Notes: a model not told the origin generated them from the letters alone. A DNA stretch of 64,000 nucleotides from Candidatus Hermodarchaeota archaeon (GCA_048885865.1 JBHLLF010000003.1:64001-128000); one strand, 5' to 3'. Numbered from the stretch's first letter, positions 18,530 through 29,111 are shown. Translations and numbers: made by a program.

Positions 18530-19282
18530 TTATAATCTATAGAAGGCCAAAGCGTTACTGGTCGTTGCGTCAGCAACATCTTCAGAGGGTAATTCAAGCA
18601 ATTTGGCCAATGACTCACAACCAAATGTCAAATTCGCGGGTTCGTTTCTGTTCCCTGTGGGTGATAGGTAGGGACCATCCGTTTCTAGGAGAATCTGCTC
18701 CAAAGGCACAATCTTAGCGGCCTCGGATCTACTCCTATACTTTGTGAAGTTCGCAGGGAGTGTTATGCTCCAGCCGTTGTCGGCTATTTTTCTTGTGGTT
18801 TCTTTGGGACCGTCGTAGCAGTGCATCAGTACCTCATTCACTTCATTCTTCTCCAGAATCTCAGTCGCCCGTGCCTCAGCCTTCCGTGAATGAATAACCA
18901 GAGGTAATTTGAGTTCGTTGGCCAAATCGATAAACAGCTGAAATAGAGGCTCCTGAGCCTTTCTTTTATTTGGGTCTTTCACCCAGTAATAGTCAAGACC
19001 TACTTCTCCCACTGCCACAATATCCTCTGCATATTTTCGGATTAGTGAAATTGTCTTCACTGCTTCTTCTTCTGCTAGCCTTGAAGCTTGACATCCTGCG
19101 GAATGGTGGATATACCCTTGATACTTCTTTACAATTCCAAGTGTTCTTCTAAACGATCCAGGTCCCATTGAGGAGGTAACCATACCAATTAGCCCAGCGT
19201 TCTTCGCCCTTTCAATGACATGTTCTCGATCATGTTGGTAATGTTTCATGTCGATGTGTGTATGTGCGTCGAAGAAGCGCAT
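18530..19282 (-). CDS. tatD: TatD family deoxyribonuclease
   Basis: DAHTH, VGEVGLDY, IHSR, HCY, LLETDGPY. Confidence 0.92.
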   Translation of the reverse strand: MRFFDAHTHIDMKHYQHDREHVIERAKNAGLIGMVTSSMGPGSFRRTLGIVKKYQGYIHHSAGCQASRLAEEEAVKTISLIRKYAEDIVAVGEVGLDYYWVKDPNKRKAQEPLFQLFIDLANELKLPLVIHSRKAEARATEILEKNEVNEVLMHCYDGPKETTRKIADNGWSITLPANFTKYRSRSEAAKIVPLEQILLETDGPYLSPTGNRNEPANLTFGCESLAKLLELPSEDVADATTSNALAFYRL

Positions 19283-19366
19283 TATCCAGAATTCACTCCT
19301 GATTGTTAGACCCGTACTAGATGCTTTTTAATCGTGAGCCATAAACTCTGGTATTGGGGACAAGCG

Positions 19367-20269
19367 ATGTCAGATGATGTCCATGAGCGTCTAAAGGAAA
19401 AGACTCTGCAGATAGCACAACTCCAACATCAGTTGCAGGTTTTGCAGGCTCAACTTGAAGGAACACAGCGTCGAGCTGGAGAAACAAGCACCAAAATCGT
19501 CGCTCTAGAGAATCTCATCACTGAGAAGGACTCAGAAAATCATATGCTGCGAACTGAACTGGGGCGCACTAAAGGGGCCTTGGATACGATGGGTAAGGAG
19601 ATCCAGGGGATACGGGCTGAACAGACTCAACAGATGGCAAAGGCTAGGCCAAGTAATGATGACTACTCCCTCAGGCAACAGCTTTCTGATGCATTAAGAA
19701 GAAATGAATTATTGAAAGAAGACATCAAATCTCTGTCAGAAGCGGCATCAGCGGTTCTCAAAGATGAACCAGGTGCTAGAGAGCATCTTCGAGATGCGAT
19801 TATGCTTGTTGGAGATCCGAGATTCAAGATACTCAATATCGTGCTGGAGAAGAGATCTGTGAGAGTAGAAGAACTTGCTGCAAGTCTTCAGTTGGATATG
19901 ACAGAGGCATTAGCACTTGTGGATGAACTCCAAGCTGCAGGTGAGATTGAAGTTAGAGATGGCAGTACCGTTTTCCCAAGAGAAAAGCATCGCGAAGTCA
20001 AGATACCTGTTGAAGAGTGGAAGACATGGGACCCTGCTGATATTTTCGATTCTCTTGAAGATATAGTTAGACGAACAGAGGGGCATGAGTCTATTTCGAA
20101 GGCAATTGTTACAGCAGTAGACATACTAGAACAAAAAATCGCCCGGGGTGGTGCGTTGGTATTTCAAATGAGAAAGACTGCAGACCTATGGAAAAAGGGC
20201 AAGGGCAACATTGAGGAGCTTCAATATACAATAAGGGAATGGAAGGGTCGTGCTTTGTCGCTCGGCTAG
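19367..20269 (+). CDS. Coiled-coil + winged-helix protein
   Basis: Long N-terminal heptad region; RFKILNIVLEKRSVRVEELAASLQLDMTEALALVDELQAAGEIEV is wHTH-like. Confidence 0.7.
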   Translation: MSDDVHERLKEKTLQIAQLQHQLQVLQAQLEGTQRRAGETSTKIVALENLITEKDSENHMLRTELGRTKGALDTMGKEIQGIRAEQTQQMAKARPSNDDYSLRQQLSDALRRNELLKEDIKSLSEAASAVLKDEPGAREHLRDAIMLVGDPRFKILNIVLEKRSVRVEELAASLQLDMTEALALVDELQAAGEIEVRDGSTVFPREKHREVKIPVEEWKTWDPADIFDSLEDIVRRTEGHESISKAIVTAVDILEQKIARGGALVFQMRKTADLWKKGKGNIEELQYTIREWKGRALSLG

Positions 20270-20616
20270 TCTTCAGACCCCTTCTTTATGGCCTCCTTTA
20301 CATAGGCGCCAAAATCTGAGGTTTCACCATCACGTTGTATACGAATCTTCGGCTCTTCTCCCCTGACCTGACGTTCGATGTATCTCACATCCAACTGACT
20401 CATCTGCTGTCGATATCCTCTGTAAACAATCAGATACAGAATGACCTCTTCTACTTGTTTAGCCACTGCATCATTCTGCGTCTTCAGATTATTGAGATAC
20501 GAATATGCCTCCGTTGTGAGAAATCTGCCAAGCAGCTTTGCTCTTTCTACTCCTACCTTTTCTTCCTGTTCACGCGCAGCTTGTATCTGCTTCTCTCGCT
20601 TCATCATCCGAGCCAT
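20266..20616 (-). CDS. PDCD5/TFAR19-like dsDNA-binding protein
   Basis: FLTTEAYSYLNNLK...VAKQVEEVILYL...KIRIQR. Confidence 0.75.
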   Translation of the reverse strand: MARMMKREKQIQAAREQEEKVGVERAKLLGRFLTTEAYSYLNNLKTQNDAVAKQVEEVILYLIVYRGYRQQMSQLDVRYIERQVRGEEPKIRIQRDGETSDFGAYVKEAIKKGSED

Positions 20617-20791
20617 TTTTTTCCTTCGGATGATTGCTAGGTCAGGATCATCATCTGTCAGTATTGAAACCTCTGTTCCAGAGCCGTATTGAAGAGCAGT
20701 TAAGCCTAACGATACAACTAGAAGTGCTTTTTAAGATTGAATATGAGTAGACGGTAGGCCAGAAGCAAGTAAGATGCGAGGTTTGGGATAA

Positions 20792-21739
20792 TTGACAGGA
20801 CTAGAAGTATGCAAATGGCTTGCTGACTCGAAGACTGGTAACACGTGTAGATTAAGAAATGTTTCACTTCCTAGAGGAGAGGTGGCGGCAAAATGCACTA
20901 AGTCAGACTTGGCTGTGATTTGTGTGGACGCCTATACCGCGCTGTCTAAAGGACTTGAGTCTCTGAAAGCCGGCAGTACTGACTCATTCCTATGGCTGAT
21001 TGAATCAGCAAACCAATTTGAGAACCTCGGAGAAACTGACAACGCAATAACAGCAATGGTCAAAGCCATTGACTATGCGACGAAGATGAATCTAATAGAC
21101 CGGGGCTACGAAACCTTCCGGTACGCAAGAGGCATGATGGAAAACGGTCGGAGCCGGAAAGATCCATCTCTATCAAGCCCGATGCTCAAGCAGACTCTTG
21201 TGAAGAGTGGGGAGAAGCTAATTGAAGCAGCAAGAAAAATCGCAGCTGGTTCTCCAGTCGCTGACATGCAAGCTGAACTAAAGGCAAGTATACTAGGCGG
21301 TGTCAGCTTGAAGAAAACCGAGGAGGCTTTGAAAGCTGAGGAGAAGGACAAGCTTGTGATCAGCCATGGTAGGTCCCTCTATGAGAAGAAAGCATCGGAA
21401 TACAAAGAGGGAGCTGACACGTATATGGCTTCAGGAATGACTCAGAACGCCATCACATTCTCCTGTTTAGGCGCTCTTGCGGATCTCATGCTGGGGAAGC
21501 CCAAGGACGGTCTGCTGTACCTGACAAAGTTCACTGACCAGTCAGGAATAAAGGAAGAATTCAACAACCACCCCTGTTTTCAATGGACAAGGCTTGTGTT
21601 TAAGGGGCTGATCAGTAGGGATCAAGATGCCCTATTGGAAGCCAACAAGATATTCCTCAATATTCCTTGGAGCTTCAAGGATGACCACGAGTTTGCCCGA
21701 AGAGCTATGGATTCAGTAGAGAGAAGAATCACGCAGTAA
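20792..21739 (+). CDS. Hypothetical TPR/alpha-solenoid protein with Cys-rich N-terminus
   Basis: Four Cys in the first 45 aa; helical-repeat pattern (SANQFENLGETDNA; GADTYMASGMTQNA). Confidence 0.6.
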   Translation: MTGLEVCKWLADSKTGNTCRLRNVSLPRGEVAAKCTKSDLAVICVDAYTALSKGLESLKAGSTDSFLWLIESANQFENLGETDNAITAMVKAIDYATKMNLIDRGYETFRYARGMMENGRSRKDPSLSSPMLKQTLVKSGEKLIEAARKIAAGSPVADMQAELKASILGGVSLKKTEEALKAEEKDKLVISHGRSLYEKKASEYKEGADTYMASGMTQNAITFSCLGALADLMLGKPKDGLLYLTKFTDQSGIKEEFNNHPCFQWTRLVFKGLISRDQDALLEANKIFLNIPWSFKDDHEFARRAMDSVERRITQ

Positions 21740-23066
21740 TTCTCATTCTGGCGATGAAGAATCCATTCGAATTATCTCTGTGAGGGAATAGCCTAATCAC
21801 TTTCTCAGTACATTCGAATCCAGAATAGCCAGAAGACCCCTTGAATGGGATCTGCATTAGCTCGATTGGGTGACGTGCCATCGCAGAGTCAATTTGAGAC
21901 TCACCCTCATGAGGGAGAAGAGAGCATGTAGCAAAGACGACTTCAGTTCCAGGCTTGTCTGAATAAGCATTGAGGATTCCATCAAGGATTTTGTTCTGAA
22001 TGGACATGATACTCATAAGCATGTCCTTATTGAGTCGCCATTTATACGATGGATGGCTCCGTAGAATTCCGGTGGAAGTACAAGGCGCATCAATGATGAT
22101 TTTTTCCGCATCAGTAACTGGTGCAATCGAGGCATCAGCCTCCATAAACTCAACACCCGCACATCCAATTGTCAAGCAACGACGCTTGGCCACCTCTAAT
22201 CGCTCAGAGTTTATGTCTGTGGCAATGAGTTGACCCTGACCATTCATTGATTCCCAAATAAGATGCGTCTTCATTCCTGGAGCCGCACAGGCATCCCAGA
22301 CTTTCATTCCAGATTTGGCGTCGAGTGTCTGTCCGACAATCACACTGCCTTTATCTTGCACTAATATCCGACCAGATTTGAAGGCGTCTGAGCTGAAAAG
22401 TGAATTGACACCTTCTGCGACTCGAAATAGGCCTGAAACTCCTGGTTCCGGGTCCAACGTCACGCCTTGATTCTCAAGCAGTGAAACTACATCATCATAA
22501 TCAGTGAGGAGTGTATTCACACGGACAAAGTAATCTCGGGAGCGGTTATTGTGCTCCATTAGGTCAATGGTTTCATCTCTCCCCAAATGTTCCAGAAATG
22601 TGTCTACAAGAAACGAAGGATGAGAGAACATAATGCCAAGTGAATTTGAAGGACTCATGTTCTTAGTCTTCTTACGCAGGTCAATCTTTGAAGCCTTTTC
22701 TATAACCTCCAATAGTTTGAGAGACCGCAAGAGCACTGCCAATGTCTTGCTCATAGGAGTATGCAGCCAACGATCCTCGTAAATCGCTAGACGAAGCAGA
22801 CTTTGATCTTGGGCTTTCAAATCAGACAGGTTTCTTCTCCCTAGGGCACGAATGGCTATGAAGTCGATTGTGTTGAGGAATCTGATAACACCCAAAGACC
22901 TGGATTCAACATAGCCCCTGGTAGGAATGTCATCTTCAAGGTCAGGCTCAATTCCTCTCAGCAGCTCTCGCATTGATACAGAACCTTTCGTATATTCGGA
23001 AAGAAGACCTAGAGTCAGTTCAATGGCTGATTTGGTTTCCTTTATTCCGCTGATTTCCAAACACAT
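21729..23066 (-). CDS. RsmB/NOP2 family RNA m5C methyltransferase with NusB-like N-terminus
   Basis: VQD, WDACAAPGMKT, IDAPCTSTG, FATCSLLPHEGE, GFFIA. Confidence 0.9.
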   Translation of the reverse strand: MCLEISGIKETKSAIELTLGLLSEYTKGSVSMRELLRGIEPDLEDDIPTRGYVESRSLGVIRFLNTIDFIAIRALGRRNLSDLKAQDQSLLRLAIYEDRWLHTPMSKTLAVLLRSLKLLEVIEKASKIDLRKKTKNMSPSNSLGIMFSHPSFLVDTFLEHLGRDETIDLMEHNNRSRDYFVRVNTLLTDYDDVVSLLENQGVTLDPEPGVSGLFRVAEGVNSLFSSDAFKSGRILVQDKGSVIVGQTLDAKSGMKVWDACAAPGMKTHLIWESMNGQGQLIATDINSERLEVAKRRCLTIGCAGVEFMEADASIAPVTDAEKIIIDAPCTSTGILRSHPSYKWRLNKDMLMSIMSIQNKILDGILNAYSDKPGTEVVFATCSLLPHEGESQIDSAMARHPIELMQIPFKGSSGYSGFECTEKVIRLFPHRDNSNGFFIARMRITA

Positions 23067-23190
23067 CTCCTAGCATGTGTGACCTGCAGACGGCGCGCAC
23101 ACGAGTGTAGAAGTTCTTAAATTTGCCTAGTCGTCGCCAGAGAAGTAACAAGAACAGGAACAAAGCTCTCAACTTCCGGATGGTATAAAC

Positions 23191-24849
23191 ATGAGAATGT
23201 TCGGTCATCTTATCAAAGGCGAGATTATTGATTCAAATGATGGAAAGACCTCTATCTTTCCGAATATGAACCAGGCAATCGAAGATCCCAGAATCCTTTA
23301 TGCAATGGCCCTGAAGGAGCAAGGGTCTCTAGGACGCTTTGCAGCACGTTACTTCAGCAATCTCTTGCCAGAGAAATCACCAGAGATAAGATTACTAAAG
23401 GACTACATTAGGGCTCATGGTGAACCCTCCGCAACTAAGGAAGAGATAGAGAACATCTACTATGCGAAATACTCCATTGGAGGAGAACGCGAAGCTGCAA
23501 TTGCATGTGAAGAGGCCTACAGAATAAGGCGAAAAATGCACAGAGAACTGAATGAAAAGGGGTCTGGCATATCTTTGCAGGAACGTGCAGAAAGCCTCGT
23601 GCTTGTGGGGCAGCAGTTATGGAAGAACTATGAATCCTTCAAGGAAATAGGAATTGCAGAAGGTACTCCAGTGCAGCTTTTCGACTGGCAAACTAAGGGT
23701 GTATTCAATACTCTCTACAAAGAACACATCGATTTTGCAACCTCCAGAATCTCTCCTGAGGAGATTCCTTGTGCTGTTGAGGGGGAGAGAACGATACTCA
23801 CTCGTTTTCCGTATGGTGCTGTGGGAGTCTTTCCGCCATACAATGCCGCAATTGGGCTGGGTGGTATGGCCATCATATCGAGCTATTGGGCCGGAAATGC
23901 CACCGTACTGAGAACCCCATCAAAGATGCCCCTCACCAACATGCAGCTGGCATATGTTCTGATTGAAGCAATGAGGGAACTGGATTTTCCAACAAGTGCA
24001 TTTCAGTCAGTGATAGGCCCTGCGAGAGAGATTGCAGACTATATGATCAACCGCTCACCGTTGAACGCTATGATCTACTATGGAGATTCAGATGTGGGTC
24101 TAGAACTCATGGCGCAGGCTGTCAGACGAGGCATGCACTTTGTACCTGAACTTGCTGGAAGTGGAGCGAGCCTCGTCTGGAAAGATGTCGATATCGATAA
24201 AGTAGCTGCCTATGTTTCTGACGCACGCTTCTTCGGTTCAGGACAGACATGTTTTGCTGCGAAGCGATTGTTCCTACATGAAGCAATTTTCGACGACTTC
24301 ATAGCTGCTCTTGTTGAGAAAAGCGAGAAGCTGCGGGTTGGACTTCCTGAAGACCCGAAAACAGATTTACCCATTGTTGGAACCACGGCGCTATACCAGA
24401 ACACCGATATGATTGCTGAAGCATTGAAGAGAGGGGCAAAGCTGGAGGCGGGAGGATACAGGTTAAATGCGCAGGGTGAGAGAGACCCTGCTGGCCTATT
24501 CATAAAGCCCACAATACTCAGCAATGTTTCGCTTGAATGCAAAATGTGGTATCATGAAACCTTCGGTCCAGTCCTACCAATAATGAAAGTGAGTTCATTT
24601 GATCAAGCTATTGCTCAAGCAAACAACTCGAGATATGGACTCCGAACCTCAGTCTATAGCGATAGCACAGAAATCTGGCAACGTTTCTTTGATGAAATCG
24701 ATGCTCCCGGTGTAGCAATCAACTCAAGCCATATACACTTTGATAACTTCTACCCGCATCTCGGTGGACTAAAAGCAAGTGGAATCTATGGAGGCAAGTA
24801 CTTCTACGAGATTCTTACATATTTGAAGTACCGCCATTTCCCTGCATAG
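23191..24849 (+). CDS. Aldehyde dehydrogenase family protein
   Basis: PYGAVGVFPPYN, PELAG, GQTCFA, ETFGPV, ANNSRYGL. Confidence 0.9.
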   Translation: MRMFGHLIKGEIIDSNDGKTSIFPNMNQAIEDPRILYAMALKEQGSLGRFAARYFSNLLPEKSPEIRLLKDYIRAHGEPSATKEEIENIYYAKYSIGGEREAAIACEEAYRIRRKMHRELNEKGSGISLQERAESLVLVGQQLWKNYESFKEIGIAEGTPVQLFDWQTKGVFNTLYKEHIDFATSRISPEEIPCAVEGERTILTRFPYGAVGVFPPYNAAIGLGGMAIISSYWAGNATVLRTPSKMPLTNMQLAYVLIEAMRELDFPTSAFQSVIGPAREIADYMINRSPLNAMIYYGDSDVGLELMAQAVRRGMHFVPELAGSGASLVWKDVDIDKVAAYVSDARFFGSGQTCFAAKRLFLHEAIFDDFIAALVEKSEKLRVGLPEDPKTDLPIVGTTALYQNTDMIAEALKRGAKLEAGGYRLNAQGERDPAGLFIKPTILSNVSLECKMWYHETFGPVLPIMKVSSFDQAIAQANNSRYGLRTSVYSDSTEIWQRFFDEIDAPGVAINSSHIHFDNFYPHLGGLKASGIYGGKYFYEILTYLKYRHFPA

Positions 24850-24861
24850 CAGATGTTTGAA

Positions 24862-25347
24862 TCATAGCGGTTTCTCGTACATTTGAACAAGCATGCCCTC
24901 TATTTGCTCATATGGCTCGCCCCAAGGACGAAAGCCGAATCTCTTCATTAGCCGCTCACTTGCTTCCTGACCAACTAGGATATTACAATAGTTCCTTATA
25001 CACCCATTAGCTCTGCCATACTCCGCAAATTGAATATACATAGCTGAAGCAAGCCCACTGGCTCTGCATGCAGGAACAACCGTCTGATGCTCTCCAAAGA
25101 GACCTTCGTCTGTCAACTTTGCTTTGTAAAGACCAACAATCTTACCATGAAGGCGGCTACCAAAGTAATGATAGCCATTGTTCATATCATCCAGAACCTG
25201 CTCCGGAGAATACATTCGCTTCTTGCGCCAGGCTTCAGGATATTCCTCAGCCTGAGGCCAAACATGTTTGAAAAGAGCTGATATCTCTTCGGCATCATCC
25301 TTGGTGAGTTCTACAATGCGAATCTCTTCTTCAGGTATCTCTTTCAT
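24862..25347 (-). CDS. GNAT family N-acetyltransferase
   Basis: VVPACRASGLAS motif A; LMKRFGF. Confidence 0.75.
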   Translation of the reverse strand: MKEIPEEEIRIVELTKDDAEEISALFKHVWPQAEEYPEAWRKKRMYSPEQVLDDMNNGYHYFGSRLHGKIVGLYKAKLTDEGLFGEHQTVVPACRASGLASAMYIQFAEYGRANGCIRNYCNILVGQEASERLMKRFGFRPWGEPYEQIEGMLVQMYEKPL

Positions 25348-25406
25348 GGAAAGCCACTATCTGATAGGTTTGGTCCGACATAAACTTCTGTGTTTGTAGA
25401 TGAGAA

Positions 25407-26537
25407 TTAGCCTTTGCTAGCTGCCCAATCATATGCCTCTTGAATAGGTGAACATCCGCCACATCGATGACATCCAGCCATCGTTTCACTCGGATTTATG
25501 TCCCCTTGGAAAAGGGCGGTTCCTACATCTTGAAAGAGCTTGACTGACTCTTCAAAATTGCCAACATATGTTGGTGTAAAATCAGCTAAATGACTGCCGG
25601 GTGCTGGGCGAAATGGAGCCACTATTGGGACCACTCCGGATTGTGCGAGCTCTTGTGCGAGTTGGACTGTCTTGCTCAAATCCTCTCCAAGACCATACAA
25701 GATGAAGGTACTAACATTACCCCTATCGAAGTACTCCAATGCATGCCGCCAACTCTCGCGGTAGTGATCCAACGAAGCATACTCGTGCTTTCCAGGACAC
25801 ATTTCCTTTCTGACCGCATCATCAGCACTTTCGATATGCATTCCAATTGCATTGGCCCCTGCCTGGAAAATCCCTTTGATGACCTCCTTGTTCATAGGGG
25901 GCTCAATCTGAACCCCTATTGGCAAGTCACTGACCTCACGAATCCCCTTAATTATCGCTATCAGTCGATCTCCTCCCATATCAGGAACATCCGGAGTCCC
26001 TGTAGTGAGAAGGATATTTGTGATAATTCCATCCTGCTCCGCAGCTTGGACTACCTCAGCCATTTGCCCTGGCTCTTTATCCAGCACAGTGTCGCCCCTG
26101 AGGTGGGAGGTGGGTATTGTGCAGAATTTGCATTGGTTTCCGTATTCCCAATATTTGCATGCTTGATAGACGGTGGTTGCAAGAGTACTGTCACAATGGA
26201 GTAGGGCTATCTGGTGATAGGGAATTCCATCAGAGGTGGTCCCACTAAGGAATTTGGGGCGAGGGACAACCTTGACTTCAATACTTCCATCATAGATCCA
26301 TTTCTCTGGGTCATTAGTTGGCTCGAGCAATCTGGAACCAAATCGTTTAGCCATCTCGCCTCGGCGAATGGGGATACCGCACGGTCTGCCATTGGGCAAA
26401 ATGAAGTACCTTCCACCAACAGGACCGGCTCCACCTTTTCTTCCAGAAGATTCCCCCTCTGGTAGAGTGGCTCCTTCCGTGAGAAGGCGAATCTTGAGGC
26501 GGAGGACATCGTCTGAATTCATTTTGCTCTTCTCCAC
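25407..26537 (-). CDS. Radical SAM protein (MSMEG_0568/biotin-synthase-like)
   Basis: RKGGAGP, CKYWEYGNQCKFC, LTTG, C-terminal AGCHRCGGCS. Confidence 0.85.
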   Translation of the reverse strand: MEKSKMNSDDVLRLKIRLLTEGATLPEGESSGRKGGAGPVGGRYFILPNGRPCGIPIRRGEMAKRFGSRLLEPTNDPEKWIYDGSIEVKVVPRPKFLSGTTSDGIPYHQIALLHCDSTLATTVYQACKYWEYGNQCKFCTIPTSHLRGDTVLDKEPGQMAEVVQAAEQDGIITNILLTTGTPDVPDMGGDRLIAIIKGIREVSDLPIGVQIEPPMNKEVIKGIFQAGANAIGMHIESADDAVRKEMCPGKHEYASLDHYRESWRHALEYFDRGNVSTFILYGLGEDLSKTVQLAQELAQSGVVPIVAPFRPAPGSHLADFTPTYVGNFEESVKLFQDVGTALFQGDINPSETMAGCHRCGGCSPIQEAYDWAASKG

Positions 26538-26561
26538 GGTGGTTCCTGCCTTAATTTGTCT

Positions 26562-27680
26562 TCACTTGTGTACTTTCTTGCTCCTTATTGAATTCAGGAC
26601 CAGCTCTGGTAGGTCCATGACCTTGACCTGACCCTCACTTTGAGAATTTAGTAGATTCTTGCAGAATGGGCATGCAGTGACTATTGCTGTAGCATCAACG
26701 TCCCTTGCTTGCTGTATACGATCTGATCCAATCACTCTAGCCTTCTCTGGCCAGAGAAGTCGCATTCCAGCCCCATTACCACAGCACATGGCATTATCGC
26801 CATGACGCTCCATCTCGATAACCTTGTTACCTGTAACTCGCTGTATCACATTGCGGGGCGAATCATAGACTCCCATGTGTCTGCCCAAATGGCAGGGATC
26901 ATGGTACGTGAATCTGGCATCAGTTTCGTCAATTATCTGGTCCGAAATATGCTCTTCAAGAAACTCACTGATATGCCTGACAGGTACTCGCAAATCCAAT
27001 CCATGTTTTGCGTAGTCGCTCTTCAACACCCTGAAACAGCCAGGACATGTGGCGATAATCTCGTCGACGTCAAGCGAATTCAGGGCCTCTACATTGTGAC
27101 TCGCCTGCTCTAGACCTTTATCAACAAATCCAGTTCTTAGCAGAGGCGACCCACAACACCACTCATCTGGGAGCACAACCTCGAATCCCAGAGTGTCTAA
27201 GAGTTCGACTGTACTCTTGGCAATCTCTTTCTCACGATATGCAGAAGTGCATCCAGTGAAGTAGGCAATCCTCTTGCCTTTGTTCGGTTTAACCCTTATC
27301 CAGTCCGTTCTCTCGGAGTGCGGCTCACCAAAGGGGTTGTGGTGTTCTACTACATTCGCCACCATGGAGTCCAGACCAACAGGATATTGGCCATCTCTCA
27401 CAAGCATAGTTCGGCGGTGCTCCACAATCTCAGCAATATCAATCTCAGGAAGACACCATGTCAAGCAGTGTGAGCACTCAAGACACTGGTATAGGATTTC
27501 AATTCCCCGCTCGTCCAACTGCCTTGTGTCCTTTATCTCCTGATGTATAAGGAGGGCTCTCCCATGAGGAGTGGGAGAATCTGATCGCCATGCGAAGAAG
27601 GTCGGACAGACATGTCTGCACATCTTTGGGCAGGCACTGCACATCCGAACCTGACTGGGAATCATCTCCGGATCGATCAT
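26562..27680 (-). CDS. Fe-S oxidoreductase with CCG domains (GlpC/HdrD/GlcF-like)
   Basis: CSACPKMCRHVCP, CLECSHCLTWC, WCCG, YHDPCHLGR, MCCG, TACPFC. Confidence 0.88.
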   Translation of the reverse strand: MIDPEMIPSQVRMCSACPKMCRHVCPTFFAWRSDSPTPHGRALLIHQEIKDTRQLDERGIEILYQCLECSHCLTWCLPEIDIAEIVEHRRTMLVRDGQYPVGLDSMVANVVEHHNPFGEPHSERTDWIRVKPNKGKRIAYFTGCTSAYREKEIAKSTVELLDTLGFEVVLPDEWCCGSPLLRTGFVDKGLEQASHNVEALNSLDVDEIIATCPGCFRVLKSDYAKHGLDLRVPVRHISEFLEEHISDQIIDETDARFTYHDPCHLGRHMGVYDSPRNVIQRVTGNKVIEMERHGDNAMCCGNGAGMRLLWPEKARVIGSDRIQQARDVDATAIVTACPFCKNLLNSQSEGQVKVMDLPELVLNSIRSKKVHK

Positions 27681-29101
27681 TCCCGTACCCCCAGTCCAAG
27701 TTTCCCAGGATTCATGATTCCTTTTGGATCGAGTGTCTTCTTGATCTGCTTTAGGACTTCAAAGGCAGATCCCATCTCTCCCTCGGTATAGGTTGTCCGT
27801 GAAAGGCCAACTCCGTGTTGATGGCTCATGGTACCTCCTTCTCTGAGGCAAGCCGCCACTCCAACATCCCATATCTTCCTATATGTAGACCAAGCAGTTT
27901 CTGCGTCCAGTTGACTGGTGAAAAAGATCATGTAGATGCTGCCGCCGTTTGGATACATATGAGAGAAATGGGAAAGGACTATGGGAGCGTGAGCCTCCAT
28001 GGCCTCCTTCATCGCATGATAGACGTTCTCCAGCTTGTCATATGTAGCCACTATATCGATGGTGTCAGCAATAGCATACCCAGAAGTGGTGAGCGGTCCG
28101 GGGTAGTACATGTCGTACCGGTGGTCCCACCATCTCTTCGCAGGGCCTTCCCCATAGTCATTCCCTCCATTTGACAGGCAAATCTCTACTGAAACACTCT
28201 CATCTATGTCATTCTTTGCTATGGACCCGTCAAAGCCCAGCATCAGCATGCAGTCACCGTCCTTGACATCGAAGTGACTGGTAACGTTCAGTGCGGTGTC
28301 TTCTGGGTCGTAGAGGCGGATCAAGGAAGGTACTACTCCACTCCTGAATATCTCGCGGATTGACTTCAGGCCACTCCTAACGTCGGGAAATGACATGCTC
28401 CTGAAGCGGCGCTCCTCTGGGATGGGGAACATGCGCAGAGTAGCTTCTGTGATGACTCCGAGTGTACCTTCTGAACCAATGAAAAGCTGCTTCAAATCTG
28501 GTCCCACTGAGTGTCTGGGTACAGCCTTAGTCCGGATAACACTGCCATCCGCAAGAACGACCTCAAGTCCTAGGGTAAGGTCTTCGATTTTCCCATACAG
28601 AGATGAAAGAGACCCTCCTGATCGTGTCGCAATGAATCCTCCAACATTCGACGCTCTGAGAGATGTTGGAGTATGTCCCATTGTATAGCCATGCCTGTTT
28701 ACTGCCTCTTCGAGCTCTATCCCAACAATGCCAGCTTGGACTGTGATTAACAATGACTCGTGGTCTATATCGAGGATCTTGTCCATCCGCTTCAGATCGA
28801 GTTGCATACCTCCGTAGATTGGGAGAGTTCCACCGCAGGTACCCGCTCCACCTCCGACGGGTGTGACTGGAATCTCCATCTCATTTGCGACCTTAAGGAC
28901 CTCAGAAACCTCCTCTGTAGATGCAGGGAAGACAATCAGGTCTGCAAGGGGCAGAGATTCACCTGCTCGAATCTTGGCTTCACTCAGGGGCCATGCATCA
29001 TGTGCGTTGAGTACAGCATCGGTCTCTTGAACTGTAACATTCTCAGGTCCGACGAGGGATTCCATCCTTTTCACAAGCTTTGTCTTTGTCTTAGAATCCA
29101 A
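27677..29101 (-). CDS. FAD-linked oxidase (VAO/PCMH family), alkyl-dihydroxyacetone-phosphate synthase-like
   Basis: VGGG, GHTPTS, GGFIATRSGG..S..YGKIEDL, GPDLKQLFIGSEGTLGVIT, RLYD, SHQHGVG, DPKGIMNPGKL. Confidence 0.8.
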   Translation of the reverse strand: MDSKTKTKLVKRMESLVGPENVTVQETDAVLNAHDAWPLSEAKIRAGESLPLADLIVFPASTEEVSEVLKVANEMEIPVTPVGGGAGTCGGTLPIYGGMQLDLKRMDKILDIDHESLLITVQAGIVGIELEEAVNRHGYTMGHTPTSLRASNVGGFIATRSGGSLSSLYGKIEDLTLGLEVVLADGSVIRTKAVPRHSVGPDLKQLFIGSEGTLGVITEATLRMFPIPEERRFRSMSFPDVRSGLKSIREIFRSGVVPSLIRLYDPEDTALNVTSHFDVKDGDCMLMLGFDGSIAKNDIDESVSVEICLSNGGNDYGEGPAKRWWDHRYDMYYPGPLTTSGYAIADTIDIVATYDKLENVYHAMKEAMEAHAPIVLSHFSHMYPNGGSIYMIFFTSQLDAETAWSTYRKIWDVGVAACLREGGTMSHQHGVGLSRTTYTEGEMGSAFEVLKQIKKTLDPKGIMNPGKLGLGVRE

Positions 29102-29111
29102 CTCTCACACC

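Noticed and set aside
25590-26204. 204-aa + strand ORF
   Set aside because: Entirely antisense to the radical SAM gene, with no recognisable motifs
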